From Asterionella formosa (taxonomy: Eukaryota), in the NCBI GenBank assembly GCA_002256025.1, contig NKIB01014757.1, forward strand, positions 1 to 40,838: a stretch of DNA of 40,838 nt. The letters run 5' to 3'. Position numbers and translations under genes: made by a program. A model generated the notes under the pieces. The model ran no database searches, had not been told where the DNA came from, and saw only the letters and a list, made by a program, of their open reading frames with translations. Every line of letters starts with the position of its first letter. The first letter of the stretch is position 1. Shown here piece after piece: positions 35,801-40,838 of the stretch.

Positions 35801-37986
35801 GCAAATTTTCTTCTCTAGTAGCGTCAACGCTGTGCCAGCAACTCTCCCATAGCTGCATTGGAAGTCTATTCATGAGCCTAGTCAGCTACCCTTTTACAGA
35901 GATTCATTCTTATGGATCCTCATCAATTCAATTTCTTCAATTACTTCAAGCATTACTTGGTTTCATGACCGACTCTGTCGATGTACTCGACCTATTCGAG
36001 GTGGCAAGGAAACTTACCCAATGCTTTTGTGATCAAATGTACATGCTTGGAGCGAATGGACGAGGAAATAAGGTGTGTACATTTGAAGCATCGGGACAGG
36101 GGCGCGAAGCTGTCAGGAAGCGCTTTGATCTATCAAAATGTGTCCACTGCAACCGAGTGAAGCCGATCACTGCAAAAGGAAACAACTTCTTGTCACAACA
36201 ACAGCGCCAAAATCATGGCGCGCGAACTTCATTAAACAGATCACGTTCATCGTCACGGTGCAACACACCAGTCGGAGCTATGGATGGACTGCCATGGTTG
36301 CCAGAGCAAGTCAGACCGTACATCAAGGGTCAGTTGGACGCTTCAATTGACACTTCAGTAAGCGACGAGTTCAACCTCTTTGTCCAACTCAAGTGTCGTT
36401 TGGCTATATCTGATGTTCACCTTACAATCAATGACCCCCGAGGTCGGTTTGTGAAGACCATTGTTTTATACTTTACCCCACGACAGGTCAACGATGTTGC
36501 AGAGCTCAAGTCAATAGACTATTCAAGTCGCTGGCAGCAGTGTGGTATGCTTTCCTTAACACGTGGAGCAACTCGCATTTCATATACTCTTCCGGTTTCT
36601 ATTGTAGCTGCAAATCTTAGGTTTGAGTACAAGGACTTTTTCGAACGGCCTGGTGGTTCAAGGGGCGCCAACGGTTCTCCTATTCTACATTGCCCGAGGT
36701 GCACCAGAGTTGTCAACAACGCTCACGGAGTCTGTGGACATTGTGGAGAAGTTGCATTTCAGTGCCGAAAATGTCGCCACATCAACTACGACAGATTTGA
36801 TTCCTTTCTCTGCGTCGAATGCAGCTATTGCTCAGCTGGCACATTTTGTTACGAAATTACAGCTGGGGTTGCATCAAATGCGGTTGCAATTGTTGATGAT
36901 GAAACTTATTATCGTTCTGTCAAGCTCTTGAGAGTTGCGACAAACCTCTATTGCGAGCTTAAGGGCGTTCTGGAAGAAAAAATACGAACTGCTGACAAGA
37001 AGAGGTCACGGACTGCGATTCCAGATAACTTTGATGGTCTGGGTCCAGATTTAAAGCGTGTCTTTATGGGTGAACTTCCCAATGATAGTGGCAACAGAAA
37101 CACTTTACATCCTCCATCGGAAGCAACCCGTGCTCGCTCATTGTTACGATTGGCCCGATCACTACGAAATGATACAGACCGATCCAGCAATCGTCGCGAG
37201 CTGCTGGTTCGTGAAGCATTCTTGGGATCAAACGCAGGGCATGAGCTCGCTCTGGAAGACTTCGGTGATCCGGATGGTGATTTGGCCGGTTTTGTCAATG
37301 TAGAGCGATTGAGTTCTGACACTGACCCATTAAGTCGGCTCGTGGCAAGCATTCAAGGTCGAAGAGAAAATATGGAAGTTGTTGCAGATCTCAATATCCG
37401 TTCTAGTAATGCCAACCGAGCCAATCGCCCCCTTGCCCCTGATGCTGGATCATTTAGTAATACGAAATCGCTCATGGAAGAATGCGAGAAACTTTATCAC
37501 CTAATGCGCGAGGCAGAACGCGAAGGTGTTGAGTTAGCTCGTCGCATAAATGCATGGCAACGCCTTGAGCACAATGCCTTAGCTGAGATCCCTCACCCTT
37601 TGCAGCTGGAAGCAAGATTTACTCCAACGCATTGCACAAAGTGTAGTGGACCAGTTACTCTCCACTTGCTAACCTTGGTTATGCGGCTCTTCCCTGATAT
37701 GTCCGGAGTTCCATTGACAAAGGAGTTTGTAAAGGCTCTTTTTCTGGAGCCTCAAAATCTGAGCAAGGATTTATTTGATTTGAAACGCCTTGCAATTACA
37801 ACACTGGCACGAACAAGTGAGGCAGGAGCCCAATTGGTTCTTGCTGAATTACAGGGAAGATTGAAAACATCAAGCAACAGTGCGGCTGCACAAATTCTTG
37901 GCAAGCTCCTGGCTGAAGGTGACTTCCCCTTAGCTCATCAGTTTGTCACACTTGCAAGACAAACCTTGGGTAGTGGATTTCTATGA
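23887..37986 (+). CDS. UBR4: UBR4/BIG-family giant protein, N-terminal substrate-binding/scaffold part; predicted exons 23887-23948, 24052-26202, 26283-37986 (4638 aa; 4603 aa if it starts at ATG 24095)
   Basis: UBR box CSF...QHWYNCYTC...CCTLCALTCHCGH...FFCDCG (30160-30372), beta-propeller-like region, DOC-like segments (about 32480-32712 and 36376-36645), ZZ-like finger (about 33550-33650), GRF finger (34327-34449), Cys-rich CPRC...CGHCGEVAFQCRKCRHINYD...FLCVEC (36691-36840). The 80-nt intron GTAAGT...CTAG (26203-26282) joins the two long ORFs in frame. First intron (23949-24051) is less certain. Confidence 0.88.
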
Positions 37987-39124
37987 ATTCACTTAAAGTA
38001 ACATGCTTGTTGAAGTCCTGTTCTTAACATCAACTATCAAAAATTGGTATTGCAATAAGTTACAACTCCCTCAAATCAAGAAAAAGGTAGTATTTCATTC
38101 TTTACATCAAATACCAATCAATCCTTTAACTTAATGCCTTTACCATCCCATTGAAAATAATTTAGGTCTCCCAATTTTTTATTCACCTTCTGATTGTCTG
38201 GTATTTGCACTGGAGACAAGTTTTACCTTGATCATACCAAATATCTAAATAAAAGAAAATATTATTTAAAGCGAGTTGCAGTCATTTTGCTGAAACTGAA
38301 TTTGGCGCCAGCAGGCACTCAAATTCGACTTCTACAGTAGAATTACTTTGACATTAAGAAATTCCTAACAGTTTCACGATGGCCCATTAAATTCAATTTT
38401 ATCAAAATCTAAAGGAGAAAGTTGGTGTGATCTTGGAATTCTGTATATTGCATGGTGTGTGCATTCAATCCTTGGAGATTCTTCAGTCACAATTGTTAAT
38501 TTTGCTCTGAATGAAAATTGTTACAAACAGAATCATTGTTGTTGTCATGAAATGGATGATAATGGCCACTTGATTCAAGGATAGGACACATAATCCCTTC
38601 TTGATGTCTACTCTCCCTAAATGCTTGCTGGAGTTATACCGACATTGCCTTCATCCTTTGAATGATTTGATGCACTACTGCAATAAAAAGAATAATTATG
38701 TATTCCAGGAACTTGATGTTCTTGCATGCCATGTTGAGAGTGACCATATCCATAAAAAACACGGGATTTTTTCATCCGAATTTGGTAGTTACACAGATAA
38801 CACCATTGCAATGTCTGCAAAGACATTGCAACTTTCAAATGATGACAAAGTCAGAATATGAACAGGATAGAATGAAAATGAACTAATAAGAATAAATATA
38901 GCATCACTCCAATCATGCTGTGCTGGACAATACAGAGTCGTAAAATTATCACTCCACCATAGTAGTAAAAATGGAGGTATACCCCTACATACAGTACTGG
39001 CGCCACTACTAGTAGTATAGAGCAGCATCAATGTTTTCCTAACATCTATGATATGTTGTGCATTGTAGAAGTCTCACACTAACTATATTTATGTTGTAAC
39101 TACTAGCTAAGTATGCATTGGATT

Positions 39125-40342
39125 CTAATAGATCCATTCAAAATCAACGTTGTCATCAATGTCCCGTTGATTAATGCATTCATTGTAATCAATATTCTTC
39201 TCAGGAACATTTGGTTGAAGTGGTTCAACATATTGATGCATATCCTCTTCACTTACATTGGGAAATGAGAAGTATGAGTGTGGGTGGTAGATGATATTTG
39301 TTGTGAAAGTAGCAATTCCACTAGGATTCCTTCCACATTCAGATCGATTCACTCTTTTGTGAAAGTCCAGTGTAGATTTCTTTTTAATAACCGAGTAAAT
39401 CAATATCATCAGTCCATTGATCAGTGAGACCATTTGAAAGTGAACTTTCTTCCCTCACACTTTTTTGATAAGTGGTTTCCCACCAATGTCGACAAAATCA
39501 TTAGAATGACGAATATCTATCGTTCTCTGAAATTTCATGCATATCTGGATTGAAACCCAAATATTTTTGTTCCAGTCGGAATTTTCCTTTCAGCACCAAG
39601 AAGCAAAATGCTTCTGTATGGGCAGTGATCAGTGACTCAACAAAATGTGATTGCAATTCAAACTGTGCCCGAAGACTTAGCTAGTTGAAATTTGGTCACA
39701 ACAGATTTGTCTCCTGTTAGAAATGGTTCTCCACGGCTTGTCCTGCCTATAAAATACACTGGAGCAGCCCAAGAACATCACGCCAGATTTGGTATCCTTG
39801 GCTTCCCCTGTCAATGTCATGTGACTGCGCAAAACAATAAAGCGTGAATGCCTACTTAATAAAGTGATCAATATCCATAGTCTGGAAGTTATATTCTGTT
39901 AGACCAGCTGGTGTGTCATGAATTTATGTTAGCATTTTTAGATTCAAACATATTTGATAAGAATATAATCACCGACTCAAAACATCATGCTTTCAGAGCA
40001 TCTCCCACCCTGCAAGAACTTACCTAAGATTCCTTTAAATTGATTATTCAATACATTCTGACATTCTCTCAACTTTTTAATGCACATGCCACCAAATGTT
40101 GATTTGATGTAATCTAAACTTGCCTTGTTGGTACGTTCAATGGTCTGATTCATCGGAAGTAGTGCATCAGAACCATTCCATATGAAATCGGCAAGCTCTG
40201 GGTCACTCTCCATTTCTTTGCCTAACTCCGGTTTCACTGTGTATAGCCGAGTTAGGCAGGTAAACATTGGGCAAACCAATCCTGTTTGTGATCGTAAATG
40301 CCTTTCATATTTTGATGATGGGCAATATCGGACCCATTGCAA
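39125..40342 (-). pseudogene. Eroded ORF of unknown family, probably the internal gene of an unclassified mobile element
   Basis: Three minus-strand ORF pieces in series (39977-40342, 39677-39871, 39125-39433). The stretch 39434-39670 reads in frame with the last piece apart from three TGA codons. Lies next to a repeat that also occurs at 6.2 kb. Confidence 0.45.
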
Positions 40343-40366
40343 ATTTCGATGTGAAGATAGGAAATC

Positions 40367-40682
40367 TACGAAATATATTTTATATGATGGGCTATGGCGA
40401 GCTAAAATTTACATTTACACTAGATGAGTGGGCAGTAGGTAAGCGAATGGCGCCACGATAGCTAGAGCGGGAATTGCCTCAGCAATACCATTCTCGGTGG
40501 CTACATGCCTGCGAGTAAACATGTGTACTCGCAGGCATGAGACATCGGGCGTGTATTGCCTTCAGCAATTTTCAATGTTGAAAGTCCGTGAACGTTCAGC
40601 AATTCCCGCTCCAGCTATCGTCTTGCCATTCGGGTACTTCTAAGTAATTTTTAGTCTCTAAGTAATTTCTTAAGTAATTTTT
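40367..40682. repeat. Dispersed repeat with nested inverted repeats and three TAAGTAATTT units
   Basis: 34-bp inverted repeat 40444-40477 / 40599-40632 (30 of 34 match) enclosing a 14-bp perfect stem at 40504-40539; TAAGTAATTT at 40641, 40659 and 40671. Confidence 0.85.
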
Positions 40683-40838
40683 ATTTAAGGGCAATATGGG
40701 GCACATCGAATTTTTCGGCAATAAAATTGCCGATTTTAGCATGACAACCAGAATAACGGTAAATGTTGGTTTTTTCAATTGGTCAAAGAACATCATGGAG
40801 AAGAGAAAATTTCGGACCATTGAAAAAATCACGCAAAA

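Noticed and set aside
26482..37352. Many 60-170 aa antisense or alternate-frame ORFs inside the large genes
   Set aside because: Shadow ORFs of long coding sequence with no recognisable motifs.
37965..37986. Simple splice joining the N-half end to the C-half start
   Set aside because: The genes are on opposite strands. The candidate donor G|GTAGT (phase 1) does not match the candidate acceptor AACAG|T (phase 2), and the N-half ends in a clean stop.
40504..40539. Hairpin as a Helitron 3' end or Fanzor guide RNA
   Set aside because: No CTRR terminus at the expected short distance, and no Rep/helicase or RuvC motifs recognised in the adjacent ORF pieces.

Overview
Eukaryotic genomic DNA, most consistent with a diatom or other stramenopile (compact genes, 80-103 nt GT-AG introns, eroded transposons); the taxon is an inference. 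Four intact genes: a mitochondrial methylmalonate-semialdehyde dehydrogenase (6648-8368, +, one intron), a membrane-anchored GH63-like protein (18577-20409, -), and two large divergently transcribed genes. These two appear to be the complementary halves of one UBR4/BIG (p600) N-recognin ubiquitin ligase. The ~4600-aa N-terminal part (23887-37986, +) has the UBR box, beta-propeller region, DOC-like domains, ZZ-like, GRF and Cys-rich zinc fingers. The ~1740-aa C-terminal catalytic part (8467-13698, -) has the UBL and hemiRING. This linked split ligase is the most notable feature. The rest is decayed mobile DNA: a frameshifted pogo-type element with 24-bp TIRs and TA duplications (14336-17237), two copies of a hAT-like non-autonomous element, a Tc1/DDE_3-like remnant, a probable LTR retroelement relic (about 1-6220), and an unclassified repeat with nested inverted repeats next to an eroded ORF at the right end. 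Family assignments come from recalled motifs, not database searches.
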